64,000 nt of DNA from an uncultured Christensenella sp. (GCA_910585955.1 CAJUGC010000007.1:6320-70319), one strand, 5' to 3'; counted from the first letter of the stretch, positions 38,534 to 50,993 are shown. A program made the numbers and translations. Notes: generated by a model from the sequence alone, not told the origin.

Positions 38534-39640
38534 GGCAAGCATACCCGCATAGCGCGGCAACAGCACATTATTGTAGTAATCGCGCATACTGTAATTGTTT
38601 CCGTTTATGTTTATGTGACCGAGATCGCCGCGCCATACGTCGTCGTTGGTCGTAATTCCGCCATAATAAGCGCTTGAAGAAAGCGCGGTCAAAAACGCGC
38701 TCGCGCTGTCCGCAAAGTTCGAGAGAGCGCGGAATACATAAAGTCCGTGAAGCGCGCTTTCCGCATCCGTTACCGTCATAGATACAGCATAATTTTTCAA
38801 AAGACCGAACTTGCTTTCTATATTTTTGAGCAACATTGTTTTGCCCTCGCGCGTGACAAGCGGCTCGAACCACCCCGTAAGCACAGTGTCCTTAATTGCG
38901 GCAATACTCCCGAGATCGTTTTCCGAAAGAGCGCCGAAGCTTTCGACGCCCGCTCGCTTGAAATCATGATCTATCATAGCGGACAGCATATTGAGCGCCT
39001 CGCAAATCTCGTCTATGTTGTTGCCCGTCGGCGCAAACTCGAGATTGACGAACATATTCGAAAAAATCGTCGTATCCGACTGCTCGCCGGCATATATCCA
39101 TTTGTCGCGCTCGCCGAGTTCGATACGCGCAAGATAGTTGTAGCGTACTAAATAGTCGCGATAGCTGTAAAGCGACGGATGGTAGTAATAAGGTTGATCT
39201 CCGCGCTTAATGTTGTACTCGTCTATAAGACGGTTGCGCTCGGCTATACGCGGAACGGCAAGATACTCGTCCGTATATTTTTTTACTTGCGCGGCTCGCT
39301 CCTCTTTTTCGACTTCGCTTGTCGCAGAGCCGTAAAGAGAGATAGAAAGCGAACAAGCGTTGTTGAGAGCAAGCACATATTTCGAATCGAGTTCGGGAGA
39401 CAACTCCTCGTATTTGCCGCGCTCGCGTTTCAAAAAGCTTTCCGCACATTCGAGCGCGCGTGATTTGTTGCCGAAATCGCCGTACAGAAGCATAGCACGA
39501 TACGGAAAAAAAGTCGTGAAAAGAGCGGCAGCAAGCATTATGGCTACAAACGCATAAACCACCGTCTTAATCGTTGTCTTTGCTATGAGAACGCCGATTT
39601 CCGCTTCCTCGGCGCGAACTTCTTCGTTGTCTTGCGTCAT
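38531..39640 (-). CDS. Hypothetical membrane-anchored protein
   Basis: 369 aa with an acidic N-terminus followed by one TM (TVVYAFVAIMLAAALFTTFFPY). The remainder is helical and soluble. No recognised motifs. Confidence 0.65.
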   Translation of the reverse strand: MTQDNEEVRAEEAEIGVLIAKTTIKTVVYAFVAIMLAAALFTTFFPYRAMLLYGDFGNKSRALECAESFLKRERGKYEELSPELDSKYVLALNNACSLSISLYGSATSEVEKEERAAQVKKYTDEYLAVPRIAERNRLIDEYNIKRGDQPYYYHPSLYSYRDYLVRYNYLARIELGERDKWIYAGEQSDTTIFSNMFVNLEFAPTGNNIDEICEALNMLSAMIDHDFKRAGVESFGALSENDLGSIAAIKDTVLTGWFEPLVTREGKTMLLKNIESKFGLLKNYAVSMTVTDAESALHGLYVFRALSNFADSASAFLTALSSSAYYGGITTNDDVWRGDLGHININGNNYSMRDYYNNVLLPRYAGMLA

Positions 39641-39734
39641 TTAAGACAGCTCCTTACATAGAACTGCCTTAAGTATAACACATTATTCGCAGATTGAAAA
39701 GTGTTTTAAGCTAAATATTCGGCGCTACGACCTG

Positions 39735-40415
39735 CTACTTGTTTTTGACGCCCACTACTTCGGCTGTCTTTCTGTCGATGAGAACCGCGCTTGTGCCGCT
39801 TTCTTCCACAAACGCAACATACCAATAGTAGCCGCCGTCGGCATTTATTGGATTTGCTATGAGACGAACGTATATTTCGCAGGCAAACGTATTGCCGTTT
39901 TTCAGACTTTCAAGTTCGTCTCTGAGGGCTGTGAGCGCTGTGTCGAGCGCGTGATCGGCGTCAATGTCGTCGTCCTCTATTACCGAGACAAGCTCGACCG
40001 TTTCGTCCTTCGAGCCGATTTTGATATTCAGCGAAAGCGACGCTTCGTGCGTGCGCTTCTCTATTTCCACGGAATAGGTTTCGCCGAACGGGTGCATGGT
40101 CATGACTCCGCCGTAGTCTTTTCCGTCTATCGTCACGGCATATGTATAGAGACTGTTCGGCATAAATTCGACGGGTCTCAGCGTAATTACCGTGAACTCG
40201 CGCTTTTTGCCCGCTTTTCCGTCGGGCAAGAACGGATCTTCGTGCACACCCGAAACGGCGGTTACGGAAAAGTCCGATCCTGTGCCCTCATACACGACGT
40301 CGCGTATCTCGGAAATGGACGAATCGTACTTTTCCGTGGGAGTTCCGCAACCTGCGAATACAAGCGACAGCGCCGCGCAAAATGACATAAATAAACAAAT
40401 AATTTTCTTTTTCAT
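39735..40415 (-). CDS. Hypothetical lipoprotein
   Basis: 226 aa. MKKKIICLFMSFCAALSLVFAGCG is a classical lipoprotein signal with an L-V-F-A-G-C lipobox. Confidence 0.75.
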   Translation of the reverse strand: MKKKIICLFMSFCAALSLVFAGCGTPTEKYDSSISEIRDVVYEGTGSDFSVTAVSGVHEDPFLPDGKAGKKREFTVITLRPVEFMPNSLYTYAVTIDGKDYGGVMTMHPFGETYSVEIEKRTHEASLSLNIKIGSKDETVELVSVIEDDDIDADHALDTALTALRDELESLKNGNTFACEIYVRLIANPINADGGYYWYVAFVEESGTSAVLIDRKTAEVVGVKNK

Positions 40416-40454
40416 GGTTTAGTATATGCGAGATTTTTTTCGTTCATGTCGAAA

Positions 40455-40491
40455 CATAAATAAAAAAACCTCTTGCATAAGGCAAAAGGTT
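40455..40491 (-). terminator. Rho-independent terminator ending the V-ATPase operon
   Basis: Minus-strand RNA AACCUUUUGC-cuuau-GCAAGAGGUU forms 10 bp including one G-U pair. It is followed by UUUUUUUAUUU and begins about 25 nt after the ntpD stop. Confidence 0.65.
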
Positions 40492-40515
40492 TTCCGCGTT
40501 TTTACTTTTCTATTT

Positions 40516-41151
40516 CTAATTGTCTGGCGTAATCATCGACTTGACCTTCATGAGACGTACGAGAGCGCCTCGCTCGTTTTCGTCGAGCTTCATAACGATA
40601 TACTTAATGGTTTCGTTGAGCTGCGGGATCATGACGTACTCGAGAGCGTTAACTCTGCGACGGTTGCGCTCTATCTCGTCGGCGAGCATATTACACGTCT
40701 TTTCGACCTGAGCAAGTCTCAAAAGCTTTTCCATAAGCGTGGAGATTTTTTCCACCGCTACGTCGAGATCGGACGTAGCCGACAACGTACTGTACGGAAG
40801 CGTATCTACGGAATTCTCGTTTTCCGTTATTTCCACGACCGGCACTTCTACGCCCATGACGTTTTCGAGATCGGTCCGTACGTTTACGGTGCGGGCGGGA
40901 AGGCACAATGTCTGCTTGAGTTCCTCTCCGCTCATAACGGCACGGGTAAGCATGAACGAACGCATTGCGTCCGCAAGATCCTCTTCTATCTCCTCGCGCA
41001 GACGCTTATTTTCGCGAACGTACGAAAGAAAGCGACGCACCATTTCGTCGGACTTGTCTTTTAAAAGCTTATGCCCGCGCTCCGCCGTCTTTAAACGAGC
41101 CTTGAGGCGGCGAAGCTCCATTCGCGTAGGATTTACCGCAAGCCTTGTCAT
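40516..41151 (-). CDS. ntpD: V/A-type ATP synthase subunit D
   Basis: I place the start at MTRLAVNPTRMELRRLKARLKTAERGHKLLKDK (ATG 41149-41151), the canonical subunit D N-terminus. The TTG at 41175 would lie upstream of the AGGAGG RBS (41165-41170). Confidence 0.9.
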   Translation of the reverse strand: MTRLAVNPTRMELRRLKARLKTAERGHKLLKDKSDEMVRRFLSYVRENKRLREEIEEDLADAMRSFMLTRAVMSGEELKQTLCLPARTVNVRTDLENVMGVEVPVVEITENENSVDTLPYSTLSATSDLDVAVEKISTLMEKLLRLAQVEKTCNMLADEIERNRRRVNALEYVMIPQLNETIKYIVMKLDENERGALVRLMKVKSMITPDN

Positions 41152-41200
41152 TCCGAGACCAAAACCTCCTGTCAAAAATCAGCTTTTCAATAATCGGATT

Positions 41201-41323
41201 TGAAGATACAGTCGCGCGTCAGACGGGCAACAGGTGACGAGTCGAGTGGGTGCTGTACTCTTTCGTACTGCGCCCGCTCGGCGAGGAGCACATAGCCCGC
41301 CTGACACGATGAATGTGTCTTCA
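41201..41323 (-). repeat. Hairpin-forming intergenic repeat, copy B (inside the V-ATPase operon, between ntpB and ntpD)
   Basis: The terminal inverted repeats tgaagataca (41201-41210) and tgtgtcttca (41314-41323) match at 9/10. An inner stem pairs gtcagacgggc with gcccgcctgac. The termini are homologous to copy A. Confidence 0.6.
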
Positions 41324-41325
41324 AA

Positions 41326-42702
41326 TTATGCTTTCTGTTTTAAGTATTTGTCTATATATTCGTCCTTGATACGCTTGAGTTCGCTTCTCGGAAGAATGGA
41401 GAGCAGTTCCCAGCCGAGGTCGAGCGTCTCTTCTATGCTGCGATTGGTATTGAAGCCCTGCGAAACATAACGGCGCTCGAACTCCTCGGCGAACTTAGCG
41501 TACTTCTTGTCTGTCTCCGTAAGAGCCGCGTCGCCGAGTATGGCTGAAAGCTCCTTGGCTTCCTTGCCGAGCGAGTATGCGGCAAACAACTGGTTCATCG
41601 TGTCGGCGTGATCCTCGCGCGTCTTGTTTTTGCCTATACCTTTGTCCTTTAATCGGGACAGGCTGGGCAAAACGTCTATAGGTGGGTTGAAGCCTTTTTT
41701 GTAGAGCTCGCGCGAGAGGATTATCTGCCCCTCGGTTATATAGCCAGTAAGGTCCGGTATCGGGTGTGTCTTATCGTCCTCGGGCATGGTAAGAATGGGG
41801 ATTTGAGTTATCGATCCTTTCTTGCCGCGAATACGTCCGGCACGCTCGTAGAGCGAAGCGAGGTCGGTATACATATAACCCGGATAGCCGCGGCGACCCG
41901 GTACTTCCTTTCGAGCCGCAGACACTTCGCGCATTGCTTCCGCGTAATTCGTTATGTCGGTCATTATGACGAGCACATGCATTCCCTTGTCGAATGCGAG
42001 ATATTCCGCCGCCGTAAGCGCCATACGCGGCGTCGAGATACGCTCTATGGCGGGGTCGTCGGCAAGGTTCATAAATAGCACCGTGCGCTCGATCGCGCCC
42101 GTCTTGCGAAAGTCGTCGATAAAGAATTCGGCTTCCTCGTAGGTTATGCCTATGGCGGCGAACACTACGGCGAAGCTTTCGCCCTTGCCGAGCACTTTAG
42201 CTTGGCGTGCGATTTGAGCCGCAAGGTTGGCGTGCGGAAGTCCGCTCATCGAAAACACGGGGAGTTTCTGACCGCGAACGAGCGTGTTGAGTCCGTCGAT
42301 CGCCGAAACGCCGGTCTGAATAAACTCATCCGGATAGTCGCGCGCGGCGGGGTTTATAGGCTGACCGTTGACATCCATGCGCTTTTCGGCGATTATGTCC
42401 GCGCCGCCGTCCTTGGGTCTGCCCATGCCGTCGAACACGCGTCCGAGCATATCGATGGACACGGGAAGTTCTATGCTCTTGCCGAGAAAGCGCGCCTTTG
42501 CCGTGCTTATTTTAAGCCCCTGGCTGACTTCGAAGAGCTGAACGAGCGCTTTGTCTCTGTTTATTTCGAGCACTTTGCCCTGTCGTATTTCGCCGTTTGC
42601 CTGCTCTATTTCGACAAGCTCGTTGTACTTTACGTCCTCTACGCCCTCAACGAGCATCAAGGGACCTACGACTTCACTTATACTGCGATATTCCTTTAAC
42701 AT
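41326..42702 (-). CDS. ntpB: V/A-type ATP synthase subunit B
   Basis: 458 aa. [29 protein letters not shown] and [15 protein letters not shown] are typical of the non-catalytic B subunit. The start overlaps the ntpA stop by 1 nt. Confidence 0.95.
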   Translation of the reverse strand: MLKEYRSISEVVGPLMLVEGVEDVKYNELVEIEQANGEIRQGKVLEINRDKALVQLFEVSQGLKISTAKARFLGKSIELPVSIDMLGRVFDGMGRPKDGGADIIAEKRMDVNGQPINPAARDYPDEFIQTGVSAIDGLNTLVRGQKLPVFSMSGLPHANLAAQIARQAKVLGKGESFAVVFAAIGITYEEAEFFIDDFRKTGAIERTVLFMNLADDPAIERISTPRMALTAAEYLAFDKGMHVLVIMTDITNYAEAMREVSAARKEVPGRRGYPGYMYTDLASLYERAGRIRGKKGSITQIPILTMPEDDKTHPIPDLTGYITEGQIILSRELYKKGFNPPIDVLPSLSRLKDKGIGKNKTREDHADTMNQLFAAYSLGKEAKELSAILGDAALTETDKKYAKFAEEFERRYVSQGFNTNRSIEETLDLGWELLSILPRSELKRIKDEYIDKYLKQKA

Positions 42703-44462
42703 CAGTCACTCTCCTTGCCTGCCGCTTCGGCAAGTTCGCCGCTCATCTGCGCGTCGATACCGTCGAATTCGGCTATGCGCTCCTCGGGAATATACTTGCT
42801 TCTGCCTATCTTCTCCCTCGCGCTTATGCCGAGCACTTTGTCGAGCGCCGCTCCGCCCTCGAGCGCCGAGAGCGAACGTCGATAGCAGTCGATGATAAGT
42901 TTGAGCATACGATACTGCTTGTTAAGCGACGTGTAAGTATCCACCTCGTGGAAGGCGTTTTGGTGGAGATAGTCCTCGCGCACGGCTTTCGCCGTCTCCA
43001 TGGTAAGCCTGTCGCGCGGTGAAAGCGCGTCCATGCCGACGAGGCGGACTATTTCGTCAAGCTGCGCCTCTTCCTGAAGTATGCGCATTGCCTCGGCGCG
43101 ATAGTTGTTGAAGTCTCGCGCGACATTCGACGTATACCAAGACGCAAGACGGTCGGCATATAGGCTATAGCTCGTAAGCCAATCTATAGCGGGGAAATGC
43201 CGCTTATACGCAAGGCTTGCCGACAAGCCCCAATAAACTTTTACTATGCGAAGCGTCGCCTGCGAGACGGGTTCGGACATATCGCCGCCAGGAGGAGAGA
43301 CAGCGCCGATTGCCGTGACGCTCCCCACCCTGTCGCCGCTTCCGAGCACGGACACCTTGCCCGCGCGCTCGTAGAACTCGGCAAGACGGCTCGAGAGATA
43401 TGCGGGATAGCCTTCCTCGCCCGGCATTTCCTCGAGTCTGCCCGACATCTCGCGCAGAGCTTCCGCCCAACGCGACGTGGAGTCCGCCATAATCGCGACG
43501 TTGTAGCCCATGTCGCGGAAATACTCGGCTATCGTTATGCCCGTGTATATGCTCGCTTCGCGCGCCGCAACCGGCATATCCGAAGTGTTGGCTATTAGCA
43601 CGGTGCGCTTCATGAGCGGCTTACCCGTCTTGGGGTCGCTGAGCTCGGGGAACTCGTTGAGAACGTCGGTCATTTCGTTGCCGCGCTCGCCGCAGCCGAC
43701 GTAGACTATGATGTCCGCGTCCGCCCACTTCGCGAGCTGGTGCTGAACTACCGTCTTGCCCGAGCCGAACGGTCCTGGAACTGCCGCGACGCCGCCTTCG
43801 GCTATCGGGAACAGAGTGTCTATTACGCGCTGCCCGGTTACGAGCGGGCGGGCGGGCGGAAGTTTGGACTTGTAAGGGCGACCGCGACGCACCGGCCACT
43901 TCTGCGCCATACGGATATTGACGGTACCGTTTTCGTCCTTTAAGGTGGCTACGGTCTCGTCTATGTTGAAACTGCCTTCTTCTATGCTTGCAACGACGCC
44001 GCTCTTTCCGGGAGGAACCATTATGCGGTGCTCGATGACTTCGTTCTCGCGGACGGTGCCTATAATGTCGCCGCCCGTCACCTTATCGCCCACTTTTACC
44101 GTCGGCAAAAAGTCCCATTTCTTTTTATGATCGAGAGCTGGCACTTCGAGTCCTCTTCCTATCCTGTCGCCGCTCTTTTCCACAAGCATATTCAAGGGGC
44201 GCTGTATGCCGTCGTAAATGCTTTCGATAAGTCCCGGTCCGAGCTCGACGGACAGCGGCGCGTTTGTAGACACAACGTCTTCGCCCGTGCCGAGCATACT
44301 CGTCTCTTCATAGACCTGAATGGACGCTTTGTCGCCGCGAAGCTCTATGACTTCGCCGATGAGTCGGCGCGACGAAACGCGCACGACGTCGTACATCTTT
44401 ACGTCCGCCATGCCTTCCGCAACTATGAGCGGTCCGCTGACCTTAACAATTTTACCTTTCAT
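42702..44462 (-). CDS. ntpA: V/A-type ATP synthase catalytic subunit A
   Basis: 586 aa with [18 protein letters not shown], the Walker A motif GPFGSGKTV, and [22 protein letters not shown]. Confidence 0.96.
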   Translation of the reverse strand: MKGKIVKVSGPLIVAEGMADVKMYDVVRVSSRRLIGEVIELRGDKASIQVYEETSMLGTGEDVVSTNAPLSVELGPGLIESIYDGIQRPLNMLVEKSGDRIGRGLEVPALDHKKKWDFLPTVKVGDKVTGGDIIGTVRENEVIEHRIMVPPGKSGVVASIEEGSFNIDETVATLKDENGTVNIRMAQKWPVRRGRPYKSKLPPARPLVTGQRVIDTLFPIAEGGVAAVPGPFGSGKTVVQHQLAKWADADIIVYVGCGERGNEMTDVLNEFPELSDPKTGKPLMKRTVLIANTSDMPVAAREASIYTGITIAEYFRDMGYNVAIMADSTSRWAEALREMSGRLEEMPGEEGYPAYLSSRLAEFYERAGKVSVLGSGDRVGSVTAIGAVSPPGGDMSEPVSQATLRIVKVYWGLSASLAYKRHFPAIDWLTSYSLYADRLASWYTSNVARDFNNYRAEAMRILQEEAQLDEIVRLVGMDALSPRDRLTMETAKAVREDYLHQNAFHEVDTYTSLNKQYRMLKLIIDCYRRSLSALEGGAALDKVLGISAREKIGRSKYIPEERIAEFDGIDAQMSGELAEAAGKESD

Positions 44463-44516
44463 AATTTTTAATCGTGACCTCCCGTCACAATGATTCGATG
44501 AGAGTGTTTGATCTTC

Positions 44517-44852
44517 CTACTTCGCGCTGTCCGAGAACAGTATGTCCGCGCCTATCGCCTTTTCTACGTCGCGCTTTACGCCCGACATTCCGAAACCGTT
44601 GCTGCCCGCCGCCGACGGAATGGGTATGACGACGGGAAAAGGCTTTGCCTTAATCGCATCTATCTGCTTGGGAATAAGGGCGGCGACATTTTCCGTAACG
44701 AACACCACGGCATACCCGTCCGCTTCGAGTTTTTTCAATGCGCTTATCGCTTCAAACTCCGTCGAAGCGCCGTACACGTCAGCGCCCGCCGCCACAAACA
44801 GTTCGACGCTGTCTCTGTCGCCGAGCACGGCTATCTTTCCGCTTTTTTGCAT
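44517..44852 (-). CDS. ntpF: V/A-type ATP synthase subunit F
   Basis: I place the start at MQKSGKIAVLGDRDSVELF (ATG 44850-44852). It overlaps the ntpC stop as TAATG. The listed GTG at 44861 is less likely. Confidence 0.85.
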   Translation of the reverse strand: MQKSGKIAVLGDRDSVELFVAAGADVYGASTEFEAISALKKLEADGYAVVFVTENVAALIPKQIDAIKAKPFPVVIPIPSAAGSNGFGMSGVKRDVEKAIGADILFSDSAK

Positions 44853-45820
44853 TACGACCACCTCACTCGTCTGTTTATCTCGCCGCGCACGTTGTTTTTG
44901 AGACAGGTAAGAATAATCTTGACTGTCTTGTATTCGTTAAGCGCGGAAGCGTAATAATGAAGGAGCGGCGCGCTTGACAGCATATTCTCGAGATCGCCGT
45001 CGAAAAAGGTCGTCTCCGCGTACTCGGCGTCGGTTTCAAACAGCGGCAACGCTTCAAAGCCCTTTTCACTTACGCGTTTTAATACGTCGTAATACGCCGT
45101 GTCGCGAAGTTTGTCGGCAAAACCCGTAAGCCCCGCCTCATATGCCGCCATAAGGTCGTCCCTGTCGATACTGCCGCCGTCTATGAAAAGCTCTTTTAGG
45201 CTGTCCGCGCCCGCGTTCATCCGAAGACACCTTAAAGCGGACGCAAGATTTACGAAATCTATCTTTGCCGTCACATAATTCTTGACTGCCTTGCCAGCCT
45301 TTTTCGCGTGCTCGCTCATATCCGCATACATGGCGCGCGTGAGAGCTTCGTCGATCTCTCTTGCGCTTACCTTGCCCGTAAGCGACTTTGCGTCAAGCTC
45401 CGAAAGAGCTTTCAACATAGGCTCGGGACAATCTGCATAAGTTCCGTTCGGTATTCCGAGAGTATAATCGCTTTCCATATCGTAAAGCGCGCTTACGCTC
45501 TCCTTGCCGCCGGCTTTGAACTTATATCTCGCCTTAGCGTTGTTGTAATAGAAACGAGCGAGAAGAACCGCAGAAGTATGAGGATCGAAGCAATCTTCGG
45601 AAATGAAATTTATGAGATTTGCCGTTTCTTCGGAAATGAGCTTGTCGACGTCGAAGCTGTTTTCGCCGAGACGTCCTCCGCCGTAGCCGTAATCGCACAG
45701 CATTTTGACCGCTCCTGCAAAATCCGCGTCCGCAAGGCGGCGCAGTTTTTCCTCCGAGAGAAGTTTGCCCTCGTTGTATTTTGCAAGCGTATTCGCATAT
45801 ATTTTCGTAGTCTGTGCCAT
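44852..45820 (-). CDS. ntpC: V/A-type ATP synthase subunit C (eukaryotic d-like)
   Basis: 322 aa, helical, with YANTLAKYNEGKLLSEEKL...DYGYGGG near the N-terminus. It sits between ntpE and ntpF. Confidence 0.85.
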   Translation of the reverse strand: MAQTTKIYANTLAKYNEGKLLSEEKLRRLADADFAGAVKMLCDYGYGGGRLGENSFDVDKLISEETANLINFISEDCFDPHTSAVLLARFYYNNAKARYKFKAGGKESVSALYDMESDYTLGIPNGTYADCPEPMLKALSELDAKSLTGKVSAREIDEALTRAMYADMSEHAKKAGKAVKNYVTAKIDFVNLASALRCLRMNAGADSLKELFIDGGSIDRDDLMAAYEAGLTGFADKLRDTAYYDVLKRVSEKGFEALPLFETDAEYAETTFFDGDLENMLSSAPLLHYYASALNEYKTVKIILTCLKNNVRGEINRRVRWS

Positions 45821-46066
45821 TACGATTTCCTTTTAATTTTTTTATAAAGGGGCTTTTATGAGGAGCGTCGGTTAATTGCCCCCCAGTCGTCTGAAACGAC
45901 AGCTCCGCTCGGCTCAAAGGGCGCCTTTTACACGAAGTTTATCCGTTGACGGCTTAGGTGCGAGCGAGACGGACAGCTGTCGGCGTGCGTCCGAAGGAAT
46001 GTGCCAAACTGCACATGACCAAGGCAAACGCCGAACGCAGTCCGTATTCGTGACGCAAATAAGCCG

Positions 46067-46651
46067 TCAGCGAGAGAAGAGTTTTTCGCAAATTTCACTT
46101 TCCGTTTCGGGTCTTATCTGTTTTACGAGCGTGTCGAGCGTGAGATTTTTATCGCACTTGTATCCGACGAGCACAACTCCTCCGCGAAGTGTGTGATGTT
46201 TACTCGAAAGCGACAGATCTTTTCCGATACTCTCGCCGAGCTTTGTCGCCCAATCGTACGGCAAACGGCGTATATCGCGCTCGGACACCATTATTTCGTC
46301 GCCGTCATCGGCATAACGCGCGACGAGTCCGCCTATAAACTCACGGTAGACATTGTCCGTCATATTGAGCGTCTTTACTATCGCCGCGTCGTAAACCTTG
46401 TCGATAAGCGCCTGTTTTGCCTTAAGAACAAGTTTACGCCTGTCGAGATTGGCAAGAGTAACTTTGCGTTCCACCGTCTTTTGCGCTTCTTTTTCGGCTT
46501 TCGCGAGAGCTTCCGTTTCCCTATCTTTCAAACGGTTTCGCGTCGTTTCGAGCAACGCGTCCTTTTCTGCTATAGCGTCGTCGACTATCGCCCGAGCTTT
46601 GCTTTCCGCCGCCGCGATTATGCTGTTTATTATCGCGTCCTTTCCTTCCAT
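46067..46651 (-). CDS. ntpE: V/A-type ATP synthase subunit E
   Basis: 194 aa. A long charged N-terminal helix (IINSIIAAAESKARAIVDDAIAEKDALLE...) is followed by a C-terminal globular part (GGVVLV...). It sits after ntpK. Confidence 0.85.
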   Translation of the reverse strand: MEGKDAIINSIIAAAESKARAIVDDAIAEKDALLETTRNRLKDRETEALAKAEKEAQKTVERKVTLANLDRRKLVLKAKQALIDKVYDAAIVKTLNMTDNVYREFIGGLVARYADDGDEIMVSERDIRRLPYDWATKLGESIGKDLSLSSKHHTLRGGVVLVGYKCDKNLTLDTLVKQIRPETESEICEKLFSR

Positions 46652-46663
46652 AATCTACTCCGC

Positions 46664-49227
<2,564 letters not shown>

Positions 49228-49239
49228 TTCGTCCCTGCC

Positions 49240-49554
49240 TTATGCTTTGCTTATCTTATCGGCTATTTTGCCTACGCATTTAGCGAAATCGCGCTCGTTT
49301 ACCTTTGCGAAATCGTCCGCTTCGGCTTTTGCCGCTTTGAGAATTTCGTTTGCTTTTTCGTCGCCCTCGATCTCCGCGCGCTTTTCTATCTTTTCAAGCT
49401 CTTCCCTAAGCCTTGCGTCAAACTCCTTGCGAATATCCTCCACCTCCGCACGGGCGCTTTGCGAGATATTGCGAGCACGTTCCCGAGCCGCGGATATGAT
49501 CTCCTCGGCTTTGGCTTCCGCCTCTTCTATCTCTTTCATAACTTCGCTTATCAT
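49240..49554 (-). CDS. ntpG: Small coiled-coil V/A-ATPase peripheral-stalk subunit (G/H-like)
   Basis: 104 aa, almost entirely charged helix (EEAEAKAEEIISAARERARNI...). It is the first gene of the ntp cluster, 12 nt upstream of ntpI. Confidence 0.6.
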   Translation of the reverse strand: MISEVMKEIEEAEAKAEEIISAARERARNISQSARAEVEDIRKEFDARLREELEKIEKRAEIEGDEKANEILKAAKAEADDFAKVNERDFAKCVGKIADKISKA

Positions 49555-49573
49555 ATAACCCCTAACCCTTTAC

Positions 49574-50023
49574 TTACTTAAAATATTTTTCCTCGATGGC
49601 GGTCGTCTTGTCTATTCTGCGTATGTGCCTGTCGTCGCCGCTGAACTGCGTATCGAGAAAAGTATCGACTATTTCGAGCGCGACGCCCATTCCCGTAACG
49701 CGTTCTCCCAAGGCAAGCACGTTCGCGTCGTTGTGCTGCCTGCACGCCTTCGCCGAAAACGTGTCCGTGCAATGCGCACACCGTATGCCCTTGACCTTAT
49801 TTGCGGCGATACTCATGCCTATTCCCGTGCCGCAGATAAGAATACCTTTTTCGCATTTGCCGCTTGCAACAGCTTCCGCCACCTTTAAAGCGTAATCCGG
49901 ATAGTCGCACGAATCCATATCGTTCGTACCGAAATCCGTATATTCGATCTTTCGTTCGTCAAGGTGCTTTTTTATGCACTCCTTGTACCGAGTTGCGGCG
50001 TGATCGCCGCCTATAGCCAACAT
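49574..50023 (-). CDS. rpiB: Ribose-5-phosphate isomerase B
   Basis: 149 aa. GILICGTGIGMSIAANKVKGIRCA and NDANVLALGERV are RpiB/LacAB signatures. Confidence 0.92.
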   Translation of the reverse strand: MLAIGGDHAATRYKECIKKHLDERKIEYTDFGTNDMDSCDYPDYALKVAEAVASGKCEKGILICGTGIGMSIAANKVKGIRCAHCTDTFSAKACRQHNDANVLALGERVTGMGVALEIVDTFLDTQFSGDDRHIRRIDKTTAIEEKYFK

Positions 50024-50077
50024 TCAACCGTCCTCCTCGGATCTGACTCTCAGTTCGCTTGTCTTAAGTATGTTGTA

Positions 50078-50106
50078 ATTATACTATATTTATTTTGATT
50101 TATCAA
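50078..50106 (-). promoter_or_regulatory. Candidate promoter upstream of rpiB (and possibly the ntp operon)
   Basis: On the minus strand: TTGATA (50106-50101), a 17-nt spacer, then TATAAT (50083-50078). Confidence 0.45.
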
Positions 50107-50168
50107 TTATTTCGCCGCTCTTTATCCGAAATTTCACCGTATTTTTATATTCCCACGGAGACTTTCAT

Positions 50169-50993
50169 TTAACGCTCCACACCTCTTACGGTTTTAATAG
50201 CACAGTCGTATACGTCGCCGCACGCATATTCGAGGTAAGCGGCAACTTTGCGGTAATCGTCGAGCGAGCCGCCCCACGGATCGGGCACATCCGCCCCGCC
50301 GGTAATACGCGCAATCGTTGTGACGTTCGGCAGACCTCCTACGGTGCGAAAATGCCCCTCGGTCATGCACACAACGAGATCGCTCGATTCCGCCATTTCT
50401 CGAGTAAGTCTGCGAGCAAAGTGATTCACGTCTTTTATTCCCTTTTCGAAAAGCGCCCGTTTTGCCTGCTCGCTCATGTCGTCGCCCGTAAGTGCGGACA
50501 GACCGGCTCCTTGAACGTCGAAATATTCGCTTTCGCCCTTTTTCCTTACATACTCCGAAAAGATGTACTGCGCCATTGCCGAACGGCAGGTGTTGCCTGT
50601 GCACACAAACAGAACACTTATTCTTCTCGGAGGCCGAGACGACTTTGCGGAAGCGGGTTTTTCTTCCGACGCCGAATTTTCCTCTTTTTCTTTCCGGTCA
50701 GCCGGTTTTGACTCCGCAGGCTTGACCTCGTGCGAAAAATTCGAAAGTTTCTCCTCAACTTTCTTTTCGTCCGATGATTGTCCGCCAATTGAAGAAAGAA
50801 CCGACTTATCGCAAGGCAAAGACAGTTTTTGTTTTACGGGTTTCATTGCGGGCTTTTCAAATTCCGACACCGCCTCCGTAACACCCACCGAAAGCGTAGG
50901 CTTTTTTTCTTTGCCCCTTTTCTTTTTAGGAGCGGGAACGCTCGTCACCGTAACCGCCTTATTTTTTGCGGATTTTTTTCTCCTGTCTGCCAC
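50169..50993 (-). CDS. Low-molecular-weight protein phosphatase (YwlE-like Tyr/Arg phosphatase) with a roughly 125-aa low-complexity N-terminal extension
   Basis: The catalytic core starts at ISVLFVCTGNTCRSAMAQ, which is the CX5R(S/T) P-loop, and a DPWG-type Asp loop (VPDPWGG) follows. It is preceded by a K/S/P/E-rich segment (MADRRKKSAKNKAVTVTSVPAPKKKRGKEKK...). Confidence 0.85.
   Translation of the reverse strand: MADRRKKSAKNKAVTVTSVPAPKKKRGKEKKPTLSVGVTEAVSEFEKPAMKPVKQKLSLPCDKSVLSSIGGQSSDEKKVEEKLSNFSHEVKPAESKPADRKEKEENSASEEKPASAKSSRPPRRISVLFVCTGNTCRSAMAQYIFSEYVRKKGESEYFDVQGAGLSALTGDDMSEQAKRALFEKGIKDVNHFARRLTREMAESSDLVVCMTEGHFRTVGGLPNVTTIARITGGADVPDPWGGSLDDYRKVAAYLEYACGDVYDCAIKTVRGVER

Noticed and set aside
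45534-45917. 127-aa minus-strand ORF reaching into the ntpE-ntpC spacer, considered as a possible extra ATPase subunit.
   Set aside because: Most of it overlaps ntpC in another frame, it is Arg/Gly-rich, and it has no RBS. I treat the spacer as non-coding.
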